From contig JASGJH010000001.1 of assembly GCA_047601445.1 (NCBI GenBank), positions 7,360,001 through 7,424,000 of the forward strand: a stretch of DNA of 64,000 nucleotides, in the 5' to 3' direction. Source of the DNA: Myxococcales bacterium. Lineage in GTDB: Bacteria > Myxococcota_A > Polyangia > Polyangiales > DASUME01. Shown here in pieces: positions 10,379 to 19,036 of this stretch. The translations under genes and the position numbers were made by a program. The notes below the pieces were generated by a model that was not told where the DNA came from, did no database searches, and saw only the letters and a program-made list of their open reading frames with translations. Numbering within the stretch: position 1 is the stretch's first letter; each line of letters opens with the position of its first letter.

Positions 10379-10521
10379 GTCCCCCACTTGCCTCGACTCA
10401 GGTCGCTAGTTGTTGCAGATGGGGCGAAAATCCACAAGTGGTCCCAAAAAGGGGCCAGTATTCTTGACTTTGGCGCTCGCGCGCACCTAATTGCGCGGCT
10501 GGTCCGGCGCAAGAGGTGCGG

Positions 10522-11508
10522 ATGAGCGGCGTTTCACAGGGCTCGGCAGGCAAGCGTTACGGCTTGAGCATCGTCGTGCCGGTCTACAACGGTGCGAGCA
10601 CCATCGAGGCGCTGGTGGATGCGCTGGCTGGGCTCACCATCGAAGGCGGCCAGGAGATCATCCTGGTCAACGACGGCAGCCCCGACAACAGCGCGGAGAT
10701 CTGCCGCAAGCTCACCGGGCGCAAGGACGTACCCGTCACGTTCTGCGATCTCTCCCGCAACTTCGGCGAACACAACGCGGTGATGGCCGGGCTCTCGCAA
10801 GCGCGCGGGGACTACGTCATCAACATGGACGACGATCTGCAGAACCCGCCCGAGGAAGTGGCGCGGCTCTACGACTACACGCGCCAAAACGGACTCGACG
10901 TCGTCTACACCTACTACGACAAGAAGGAGCACGCCGGCTGGCGCAACCTGGGCAGTTGGCTCGCCAATCGCTCGGCCGACCTCCTGCTCGACAAGCCGCG
11001 CGGACTCTACCTCTCGAGCTTCCGCTGCATGTCGGCGTTTCTGGTGAAAGAGGTGGTGCGCCACACCGGGCCCTATCCCTACGTGGACGGTCTCATCATG
11101 CAGACCACTCAGCGCATCGGCAGCTTGAACGTCAAGCACCTGCCGCGCGCCGTGGGTCGCAGCAATTACACGATGCGCAAGCTGGTGCGCCTGTGGCTAT
11201 CGATCTTCCTGAACTTCTCGGTGGCGCCTTTGCGGGTCGCCTCGGTGTTCGGGCTGGGACTCGCCGTGCTCGGTGTGCTCGCTTTCGCGGCCGTGGCCTA
11301 CGAGGCGGTGGTGCAAGGTGGCACGCCGCGCGGTTGGGCTTCGGTGATGGGGGCGGTGCTGCTGCTCTCGGGAGCCCAGATGCTCATGCTCGGGATCATC
11401 GGCGAATACCTGGGGCGGTTGTTCATGACCACCAATGCGCGTCCGCAGTACATCATTCGCGAGACGGTGCAGCCGGACGCGGAGCTCAAGAGCAGGAGCG
11501 CCGGCTGA
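10522..11508 (+). CDS. GT2 polyprenol-phosphate glycosyltransferase (ArnC/GtrB-like)
   Basis: Motifs LSIVVPVYN, VNDGSPD, SRNFGEHNA and MDDDLQNPP, plus two C-terminal TM helices. Confidence 0.9.
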   Translation: MSGVSQGSAGKRYGLSIVVPVYNGASTIEALVDALAGLTIEGGQEIILVNDGSPDNSAEICRKLTGRKDVPVTFCDLSRNFGEHNAVMAGLSQARGDYVINMDDDLQNPPEEVARLYDYTRQNGLDVVYTYYDKKEHAGWRNLGSWLANRSADLLLDKPRGLYLSSFRCMSAFLVKEVVRHTGPYPYVDGLIMQTTQRIGSLNVKHLPRAVGRSNYTMRKLVRLWLSIFLNFSVAPLRVASVFGLGLAVLGVLAFAAVAYEAVVQGGTPRGWASVMGAVLLLSGAQMLMLGIIGEYLGRLFMTTNARPQYIIRETVQPDAELKSRSAG

Positions 11509-11587
11509 GCGCGGGCTCGATAGCAGGAGCGCGCGCTCCACGCGGCGTGCGTCAGCTTCGTCGTGGCCCTGGCAGGGAGATCTCAAC

Positions 11588-12715
11588 ATGATCTTGATGA
11601 ACGACTTCAAACGCCACGTCGACCTACTGCACGATGAGCTGCAGGCGGCCATGGAGCGCGTGCTGCGCAGCGGCTGGTTCGTGCTCGGCAAGGAGGTCGA
11701 GGCCTTCGAGCGTGAATTCGCCGACTACGTGGGCGCGCCCTTCGCGGTGGGCGTGGCCAACGGTATGGATGCGCTGCAGCTCGGCTTGATGGCCTGGGAC
11801 ATCGGGCCCGGCGACGAAGTGATCACCACGCCCAACTCGGCCTTCGCCAGCACACTCGCCATCCTGCGCGTGGGCGCCACGCCGGTGTTCGTGGATATCG
11901 ACGAGCGCAGCTATGCTCTCGACGCCAGGCTCGTGCGCGGGGCCATCACCGAGCGCACGCGCGCCATCTTGCCGGTACACATCTACGGGCGCGCCGCCGA
12001 GCTGGAGTCGCTCGCGGAGCTCGCTTCCCAACACGGGTTGATGCTGTTGAACGATGCCTGTCAGGCCCATGGCGCCACCTATCGCGGGCGCTCCATTCCG
12101 AGCTTCGGCGATGCGGCGGCCTACAGCTTCTATCCCACCAAGAACCTCGGCTGCTTCGGGGATGGCGGCATGATCGTGTGCTCCGACGCCGCTCGCCACG
12201 CGCGCCTGCGCTCGCTGCGCGACTACGGACAGGCCAAGCGCTACCACCACCTCGAGGCAGGGCTGAATAGTCGGCTCGACGAGCTGCAGGCGGCGGTGCT
12301 GCGCGTGAAGCTCGCCCACTTGCGCGCCCACACCGAGCGCCGACGTGCCATCGCTTCCAAGTACATCGAGGGGCTCAGCGGGTTGCCACTGGTGTTGCCC
12401 CAGTACGATGCCGAGGCCGTTTGGCACCTGTTCGTGGTGCGCACCCCGCAGCGCGACGCGCTGTCCAAGTTCCTCGCGAGCCAGGACGTGCAGAGCCTGG
12501 TGCATTATCCGGTGCTGATCCCGGCCCAGCCGGCCATTCACAGCTCGCCCGCCCAAGGGCGTGCTTCGACGCCCATTCCTTACACGCGCGGCAGCTTGCC
12601 AGTGGCCGAGCGCTGCGCCGACGAGTTCCTGTCGCTCCCCATCCACGCCGAACTCAGCGACGTCGAAGTCGAGCGCGTGTGTCAGGCCGTGCGCGCCTAC
12701 TTCGAGCGCGCGTGA
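11588..12715 (+). CDS. DegT/DnrJ/EryC1/StrS PLP-dependent sugar aminotransferase
   Basis: Motifs GVANGMDAL, DACQAHGA, SFYPTKNLG..GDGG and NSRLDELQAA. Confidence 0.92.
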   Translation: MILMNDFKRHVDLLHDELQAAMERVLRSGWFVLGKEVEAFEREFADYVGAPFAVGVANGMDALQLGLMAWDIGPGDEVITTPNSAFASTLAILRVGATPVFVDIDERSYALDARLVRGAITERTRAILPVHIYGRAAELESLAELASQHGLMLLNDACQAHGATYRGRSIPSFGDAAAYSFYPTKNLGCFGDGGMIVCSDAARHARLRSLRDYGQAKRYHHLEAGLNSRLDELQAAVLRVKLAHLRAHTERRRAIASKYIEGLSGLPLVLPQYDAEAVWHLFVVRTPQRDALSKFLASQDVQSLVHYPVLIPAQPAIHSSPAQGRASTPIPYTRGSLPVAERCADEFLSLPIHAELSDVEVERVCQAVRAYFERA

Positions 12716-13677
12716 GCGAAGCGGCTCCGCAGGGCAAGCCGCGTTCGGCGCTGTTCGGCCGCCTGATGCTGGGCACCATCCTGGTGTTCTTCGGGCTCTC
12801 GGCCGCCGAGCTCGTGCGGCGCTGGCGCGCCGAGCCCTTCGAGCTCTCGCTGTCCTGGGCGCTGCTCTCGATGCTGCCGTTGTTCGTGGGGTACGCGGGT
12901 GTGGCCTTCGCCTTCCAGCGCATCCTCACGACCCAGGCTCCGGGCCAGGCGCCGTTTCCCGCGGTCTTCGAGCTCTATTGCCGCGGCCTCATCGCTCGCT
13001 ATTTGCCGGCCAAGGTGGGCATCCCAGCGGTGCGCATGGCGGCCGCCAAGGAGTTCGGGGTCACGCCGGCATTCATGGCGGCCTCCGCAGTGCTCGAAGC
13101 GCTCTCGTCTCTCGCCACGGCGGGGTTGTTGGTGGCAGGCGTGGCGCTCGGTCCCTGGCCCATCGTCGGGTTGAGTGCGCTGTCAACGCAGCCATGGGCT
13201 CCCTGGGCCATCGCGGCCATCGTGCTCGGCGTGGCGATGCTCGCGGCCATCGACGTGCGCTTCTATCCGCGCCAGTTGATGACCTTTCTGCGCCTCGAAC
13301 AGCGCAAGGGGCCGCTGCTGCCGCTGTGGTGGATCGCGGGCGAGGCCTGGCTTTGGATCGCGAATGCGGCTTCGTGTGTGTTGGTGGTGCGTGCGCTGAC
13401 CGGCTCGTCGGAGGCCATGTTGCTCGGCGGAGCCTCGGGCATCATCGCGCCTGCGCTCGGGTTCTTCGTGGTGATCGCGCCGGGAGGACTCGGCGTGCGC
13501 GAGGCCATCGCGGTGGCCCTGATGGCGCCGGAAATCGGTGCCACCAAGGCGCTCGCGTTCGGCCTGGTCTCGCGCGCGGTACTGCTGGTCAGCGAGCTCG
13601 TGCTGTGGCTCGGGGCACGGGCGTGGCTCGGCGTCGCGCGGCGTGCGCAGGTCGAAGAGGGAACCCGGCAAGAGTAG
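12712..13677 (+). CDS. Flippase-like membrane protein (lysylphosphatidylglycerol-synthase TM/YbhN family)
   Basis: GTG start overlaps the aminotransferase stop (GTGA). Motifs ARYLPAKV and APGGLGVRE, with many TM helices. Confidence 0.75.
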   Translation: MSEAAPQGKPRSALFGRLMLGTILVFFGLSAAELVRRWRAEPFELSLSWALLSMLPLFVGYAGVAFAFQRILTTQAPGQAPFPAVFELYCRGLIARYLPAKVGIPAVRMAAAKEFGVTPAFMAASAVLEALSSLATAGLLVAGVALGPWPIVGLSALSTQPWAPWAIAAIVLGVAMLAAIDVRFYPRQLMTFLRLEQRKGPLLPLWWIAGEAWLWIANAASCVLVVRALTGSSEAMLLGGASGIIAPALGFFVVIAPGGLGVREAIAVALMAPEIGATKALAFGLVSRAVLLVSELVLWLGARAWLGVARRAQVEEGTRQE

Positions 13678-13868
13678 GGCGCTCGTCATGCCGTGCAGTC
13701 GGTGCAGGAGACCGCGCACGACTACGTCTCGCGAAAACGAAAGCGAATACGAGCGCCGAGTCCCTGAACGAACACGCGGTGGAGCTAGAATACGCCGCTA
13801 ACGAAGCCCATGGTAGGTAGGCCCGGTGCCGCACCATTTTGCATCGGGACAGAAAGAGGACGGCGTCT

Positions 13869-14372
13869 ATGACCAAACGCAACGGCGAGCTCGCAGCGCT
13901 GACGGAACGCTTTCGCGCCCTGGGCGCCAAGAATCCGGTCGACTGGGCCAGCTCCCAGATCGGAGAAGGCATCCCGCAGCTCCATCGCTATCTGTTCTTG
14001 CGTCAGGCCTGGCGCGCCATCGTGTCGGACGACGATCACGCGTGGATCGACGCCAACATCGCAGCGACCAAGCGTGACCCAAACGCACCCTACGCTGGTG
14101 TCGGGCACGCGCTCGCGGCGATGCGTGAGAAGGGCGTGGACGACGAGGACATCGCGCAACTGGTGCGCGGCATGCAGGCCGAGCTCCTATTCAGCTTCTG
14201 CTACCTGCTCGAGGACCCGAACTTCGAAGATGCCGACGCCATGGGCGTGAGCTGGTCTCTGGTGGCACTCGACGAACAGGGCGAGCCCACGGGACCCATT
14301 CCCGGTTTGCACGAGTCGGTGCTGGAGTTGGATCCCACCGGGCGGGACATGCGTCCCAAGCGGCGCCCGTAG
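13869..14372 (+). CDS. Hypothetical protein
   Basis: 167-aa ORF with an AGAGGA RBS and host-like codon use. No motif recognised. Confidence 0.65.
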   Translation: MTKRNGELAALTERFRALGAKNPVDWASSQIGEGIPQLHRYLFLRQAWRAIVSDDDHAWIDANIAATKRDPNAPYAGVGHALAAMREKGVDDEDIAQLVRGMQAELLFSFCYLLEDPNFEDADAMGVSWSLVALDEQGEPTGPIPGLHESVLELDPTGRDMRPKRRP

Positions 14373-14652
14373 CGCCCGCCCTACCGACCACTGCGTCCGC
14401 AAGCTTGCTTGCAGCGCGAGGGCTGCCTGCGATTGGCTCTACGGTCCTGTCTCGTCGTCCCGATGCAGGGAGGGGTGATCTGCGGAGACATGACGGTACG
14501 AACTTCATTTAACTCCACGAGTCGCGCAACCTCAGCGTGGAGGGCGCGTCCGCCGTGGCCTTCGGTGCTGCGCGAGCTGCGAAGATGCGAGCGCCGCTTC
14601 CGCAATTTCCTCTGACACAAAATACCTATGTTATCGTTCCCGACATCAGGAC

Positions 14653-15456
14653 ATGAAGCTTCGTTGTCACGGGTTGCAGGTGCTCATCGTCGAAGACGAC
14701 CGGCGCCTCGCGGATAGTCTGGGCTACCTCCTTGCGTCGGAAGGCGCCGAAGTGACCATCGCCTCGACGGTCGACTCAGCGCGTAGCCATCTGACGAGCG
14801 ACGTTCTTTGGGATCTCGTGTTGCTCGACATCAAGCTGCCCGACGGAGACGGCTTCGACGTGCTCGACGTGATCTCGCAAAAAGGCCTGAAAAGGACGGC
14901 CATCGTCGCAGTTTCGGGGAACCTGCAAGAGCCCAAGCGGGCCCTGCGACTTCAAGCCAGTCGAGCTGTCTTGCTGCCCAAGCCGTTCGAGGCGGGAGAT
15001 CTGCTCGCGGCTATCGAAGGGGCCATGCTGCTCACCGCCTCCGAGCCCAGCACTTCGCCGTTGGGAGGACGATCGGGAACCTATCCGGTGCGACTCTCGT
15101 TCGGCCCGATCTCGCTTCAGCTCATCCGGCAGTCCGTGGCCGTCCAGGGCGAGCCCATCGATCTGCGGCCAACCCAGTTTCGCATTCTCGCGCAGCTGCT
15201 CTCGAACCCGGGTAAAGCGCTGACGGTCGCCGAGTTGGTGGACACGGCACTGCGAGGGTTTCACGGCGACGGCAGTGCGAACATTCGGTTTCAGATCCAC
15301 GGATTGAGACGCAAGCTCGGCGCCGCAGGGCGTCTGATCGAGACTGCCTCGGGCGGATACGGAGTCGGCCTCGAGCGCGTGCGGAATTCGCCAGAAGACG
15401 AACCGCCTCTGACGAACGCGAACGACGAGCTCTACGAGGCCGACGGTACGGATTAG
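14653..15456 (+). CDS. OmpR/PhoB-type response regulator (receiver + winged helix), no adjacent kinase
   Basis: Receiver motifs VLIVEDD, LLDIKLPDGDG and LPKPF; C-terminal QIHGLRRKL...IET..GGY. AGGA RBS. Confidence 0.85.
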   Translation: MKLRCHGLQVLIVEDDRRLADSLGYLLASEGAEVTIASTVDSARSHLTSDVLWDLVLLDIKLPDGDGFDVLDVISQKGLKRTAIVAVSGNLQEPKRALRLQASRAVLLPKPFEAGDLLAAIEGAMLLTASEPSTSPLGGRSGTYPVRLSFGPISLQLIRQSVAVQGEPIDLRPTQFRILAQLLSNPGKALTVAELVDTALRGFHGDGSANIRFQIHGLRRKLGAAGRLIETASGGYGVGLERVRNSPEDEPPLTNANDELYEADGTD

Positions 15457-15583
15457 CAAACGCTAACGGTGCGAGTGCGCAAGAGAGCCACTTGTGGCGC
15501 CGTGCATTAGCAAACGCTAACGCGCTCGTAGTGCGATCGATGGACAGCGCGGTGCCGATGGCACGAATTAGCAAAAGCTAACG
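15452..15583. promoter_or_regulatory. Three copies of the 17-bp box ATTAGCAAA(C/A)GCTAACG (palindromic core TTAGC-N4-GCTAA)
   Basis: Copies at 15452-15468, 15506-15522 and 15567-15583, with one mismatch in total and spacers of 37 and 44 nt. The regulatory role is inferred. Confidence 0.6.
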
Positions 15584-15768
15584 CGCGGACTCCGATCTCT
15601 CGTGATAATCCCGTGCAAGCTTTCTTACGGTGGAAGAGGAGTAGCGCGTGGCGCTCTCCTATCTTCGAGCTCGTAGTCGATGGTGACGAGGGGGGAGGTC
15701 CGGGGGGACGCCATGCAGCGTCGGGGCCGCGTATTTAAGGTTCAGGCCCGCGACGTGCGCTGTGGCGT

Positions 15769-16056
15769 CTAACACTCGTAGTCGACGATGGCGACGGCTC
15801 GAGAGAGCTCGCGCATCACGCCTAGAACTACCCGGTGGGCCGGGTGCTTTTCGTATGCCTCGAGTGCGCTGCGATCATCGAAGCACACCGTCGCAACGAT
15901 GTCGTACGAGAACGACGTAGCAGCGAAGTCTGCTCCGATCTCGAGAGCGCGAATGCTCTCGATGTCCTTCCGCAAGGATCCGATCGCTGCCACGGCACGC
16001 TCGAGATTCTCGGGAGATCTGGCGTGAAGTTTGAACATGACCACGTGCTTGATCAT
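15769..16056 (-). CDS. Dabb (stress-responsive alpha/beta barrel) family protein
   Basis: Motifs MIKHVVMFK, F.D..ALEAY..HPAH and the C-terminal IVDYE. Confidence 0.88.
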   Translation of the reverse strand: MIKHVVMFKLHARSPENLERAVAAIGSLRKDIESIRALEIGADFAATSFSYDIVATVCFDDRSALEAYEKHPAHRVVLGVMRELSRAVAIVDYEC

Positions 16057-16229
16057 CTCTGCCTCTCTTGGCGGGGAGCGCGACGACTTAGTGAGCGCGA
16101 TGTTGTGTGGAGAATCTAGTTAGCACACTCGCGCGCGACGGATGCTTTACGGGTTTGCGTCTTTCGGGACAGGAGAGCGCTCCGTGGCCAACGGCTCCTG
16201 TCTACGTTCGACATGGGGGAGGAACGAGA

Positions 16230-16817
16230 ATGAAGAGCGTGGGCGTGTACTGTGGATCGGCCGAAGGAACTCGGCCGCGATATCTCGAAATCTCGAAGCA
16301 GGTCGGCCGAGCGCTCGCGACGCGTGACCTCGAGCTCGTGTACGGAGGCGCGAAGATCGGACTCATGGGGGCCATGGCGGACGCCGCGCTGGAGGCGGGG
16401 GGACGCGTTTTCGGGGTGCTCCCTGCTGCCTTGAGCAAGGTCGAGATCGCACATCCCGGGCTCACGGAATTTCGCGTCGCAGGCTCGATGCACGAGCGAA
16501 AAGCGATGATGGCCATGCGATCGGACGCTTTCGTCGCGTTGCCCGGCGGGTACGGCACGCTGGACGAGATCTTCGAAGCGCTCACCTGGGCCCAGGTCGG
16601 CATTCATCAGAAGCCGTGCGCGTTGCTCAATGTCGATGGGTTCTTCGACTCGCTGATCGAGTACCTCGATCACGCGACCAGCGAAGGCTTCATTCGGCCG
16701 ATGCATCGACCCATGCTGCTCGTCGAGACCGACTTCGAGCGTTTGCTCGACCGACTGCAGCTTCATTTTCCAGCTTCGAATGCGCCGATCATGTCCGCGC
16801 ATTCTGTCGAGGCATGA
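16230..16817 (+). CDS. log: LOG family cytokinin riboside 5'-monophosphate phosphoribohydrolase
   Basis: Motifs VGVYCGS, LVYGGAKIGLMG, SMHERKA, the signature LPGGYGTLDE, and KPCALLNVDGFFD. GGGGGAGG RBS. Confidence 0.92.
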   Translation: MKSVGVYCGSAEGTRPRYLEISKQVGRALATRDLELVYGGAKIGLMGAMADAALEAGGRVFGVLPAALSKVEIAHPGLTEFRVAGSMHERKAMMAMRSDAFVALPGGYGTLDEIFEALTWAQVGIHQKPCALLNVDGFFDSLIEYLDHATSEGFIRPMHRPMLLVETDFERLLDRLQLHFPASNAPIMSAHSVEA

Positions 16818-16892
16818 AGGCCAGGGAATTCAGCGCTCAAGCGCAGCGTGCGGTGCTTTTCGATGGGGGCTTTCGAGGGGGGATATCACGCC

Positions 16893-19013
16893 ATGAAGAT
16901 TCACATGATTCTTGGTCCTACAGGGGTGGGGAAAACGAACCGGTCCATCTCTTTGGCGCGGCAGAAGAGCGTGCCAGTCATCTCTCTGGATCGATTCCAG
17001 ATCTTCGATGAGCTCGCGACGGGAACCGGGCGACCGACTCCCGAGGAACTCGCAGGAACCGAGCGCATTTTCCTCGCCAGGCGTCGTGTCGCTGAGGGCG
17101 AGTTTCCCGCCGATGAGGCCTATCAGGCTCTCCTCGGATGGGTCGACGCGCTCTCGCATCATCACGAACTCATCCTCGAAGGTGGTTCCATCTTGCTGTG
17201 CTCGACTCTGTTCGAGCAGGGATTCCTGAGCGCGCACCAAGTCGAAATTCAGAATCTGACGATCCGCGATGTCGACTTCCACCGAAACACCGTCAAGAGC
17301 CGCATCCGTGAAATGCTGGTCTCCACCGATGGTCGCCCCTCGATGGTCGAAGAGCTGGCCAGGGTGTGGAACGAGCCAGCGCAGCTCTCCTTCCTGGAGA
17401 CTATCACCGGCTACGACATCATCATCGAGCATTGCCGGCGGCTTCGCATGACGCCGGGCGATGTCGCGGCGCAGCCGGTGGCCGCCGACCTAGTGGATGC
17501 GATCGCCGAGTCACACGTCGACTACTCGCTGCGACAGATCGCGGCCTTCGCGCGACTCTTGAGCGACCATACGTCACGCTGGAAAGTCCAGTACATCTCC
17601 GAATACACCAGGCCCAATGCGAGCGTGGCGCACGAGTCCTCACGCGGGACGGCATCCGTGGAGGAGAGCTCCAAAACGCCCAGTGACAGCCAGTTCGACC
17701 TCTCGTCGCCGGCCAGGCTCGATGACCCCTATTCGCTGTACGCTCGCCTGCGGCGAGAAGCCCCGGTGTTCCACGACGCCGCGCTCGATGCCTGGATCAT
17801 CAGCCGCTATGACGACGTGTGCTCGATCCTGAAGGACCCGGTGCGGTTTTCTTCGATAGGTGTCCTGAAGGTCAAGGCCGAGCCGCCGCCGGAGGTCGCC
17901 GCGGTGCTCGCGCAGGGAATCCCGTACGTGCGTACCCTCATCGACAACGACCCCCCGGGCCACACGCGCTTTCGCAACCTGGTCAACCGAGCTTTCGTTC
18001 CTCAGCGGGTCAACCAGCTCGAACCAAAGATTTACGCGAGCGCCAACGCCCTGATCGACGAGATCGTCGACAGCGGGGAGTGCGATCTCATGGAGCGCTT
18101 TGCGTTCCCGCTGCCCATCTTCGTCATCGCGGAGATCTTGGGCTTGCCGCGCACGGACGTCGGTGATCTCAAACGCTGGTGTGACGACTGGATGGCACTC
18201 CAGTCTGGAACGGCCCCCGTCGAACACCTCGTGCAATGTGCTCACAGCTATCTCGCGATGCAGCAGTACTTCCTCCAGAAGGTCGCGGAGCGTACGCATG
18301 AGCCGCAGGACGATATGTTGAGCGCGCTCATCCAGGCGCGCGTCGACGACGACGCACCCTTGGCTACGGGCGAGCTGGTTCGCTTGCTGATGAGTCTCTT
18401 GGTCGCGGGCCACGAGACCACCACGCATTCCATCGGCAACGTGCTGACGCTCCTGCTGAGGAACCCGACTCAACTCGCTCTGCTTCGCTCGAACCCGAGC
18501 CTCACGGCGCAAGCGGTCGAGGAAGGATTGCGGATGGACGCCCCCGTCCAGAGCCTGTTCCGCCGGGTCACAGAGGACACCACGGTCGGCGGGACCAGCC
18601 TGCCCAAGGGGGCACGGGTCATGATCCTGTACGGATCGGCCAACCGCGACGAGGCTCAGTTCAAGGATCCCGACCGTTTCGATGTTGCGCGCGGCTCAGG
18701 CGGAAAGCATCTCGCGTTCAGCCGCGGCATTCACTTCTGCCTTGGTGCCACGTTGGCCCGCATGGAGATCCGCATTGCGCTCGATCTCTTGATCCAGCGC
18801 TTGCCCGAGCTGCAGTTGGATGAGAGCCTGCCCCTGGAGCGAGTGCCCCACTTCTTTTTGCGCGGCTACAAGCGCCTGCCACTCAAGTGGAATCCGAACC
18901 CGCAGTCCGCAGGCTACCCGAGTGGAGTGTTCGGTAAGTTCGTGAATACGAGCGAGAGTGCTCTCGCTGACTCGTCCACGCTCGAGCCGAAGAAGACGGC
19001 ATCGCATGACTAG
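16893..19013 (+). CDS. Adenylate isopentenyltransferase (Ipt/Tzs-type) fused in frame to a cytochrome P450
   Basis: The N-terminal ~235 aa carry the P-loop ILGPTGVGKT, VISLDRFQ...LATGTGRPTPEELAGTERIFL and LILEGGSI. The C-terminal ~400 aa carry DPPGHTRFR, I-helix VAGHETT, EGLRMDAP (ExxR), DPDRFD and heme motif FSRGIHFCLG. GAGGGGGG RBS. Confidence 0.88.
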   Translation: MKIHMILGPTGVGKTNRSISLARQKSVPVISLDRFQIFDELATGTGRPTPEELAGTERIFLARRRVAEGEFPADEAYQALLGWVDALSHHHELILEGGSILLCSTLFEQGFLSAHQVEIQNLTIRDVDFHRNTVKSRIREMLVSTDGRPSMVEELARVWNEPAQLSFLETITGYDIIIEHCRRLRMTPGDVAAQPVAADLVDAIAESHVDYSLRQIAAFARLLSDHTSRWKVQYISEYTRPNASVAHESSRGTASVEESSKTPSDSQFDLSSPARLDDPYSLYARLRREAPVFHDAALDAWIISRYDDVCSILKDPVRFSSIGVLKVKAEPPPEVAAVLAQGIPYVRTLIDNDPPGHTRFRNLVNRAFVPQRVNQLEPKIYASANALIDEIVDSGECDLMERFAFPLPIFVIAEILGLPRTDVGDLKRWCDDWMALQSGTAPVEHLVQCAHSYLAMQQYFLQKVAERTHEPQDDMLSALIQARVDDDAPLATGELVRLLMSLLVAGHETTTHSIGNVLTLLLRNPTQLALLRSNPSLTAQAVEEGLRMDAPVQSLFRRVTEDTTVGGTSLPKGARVMILYGSANRDEAQFKDPDRFDVARGSGGKHLAFSRGIHFCLGATLARMEIRIALDLLIQRLPELQLDESLPLERVPHFFLRGYKRLPLKWNPNPQSAGYPSGVFGKFVNTSESALADSSTLEPKKTASHD

Positions 19014-19036
19014 TCGGGCGCGTGGGCTGAATCGAC

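Noticed and set aside
15452..15583. Mini CRISPR array (3 repeats, 37- and 44-nt spacers)
   Set aside because: The repeats are only 17 bp, the spacers are unequal, and there are no cas genes in the window. Protein-binding boxes explain them better.
15670..15798. 11-nt duplication CTCGTAGTCGA (15670 and 15776) as a target-site duplication
   Set aside because: The match is short, one copy lies inside the Dabb coding end, and there is no element between the copies. It is likely chance.
16893..17600. tRNA dimethylallyltransferase MiaA
   Set aside because: The domain is short (~235 aa), has LDRxQ/GxGRP/LILEGGS rather than the MiaA DSxQxY/VGGTGLY motifs, and sits with LOG and a P450.
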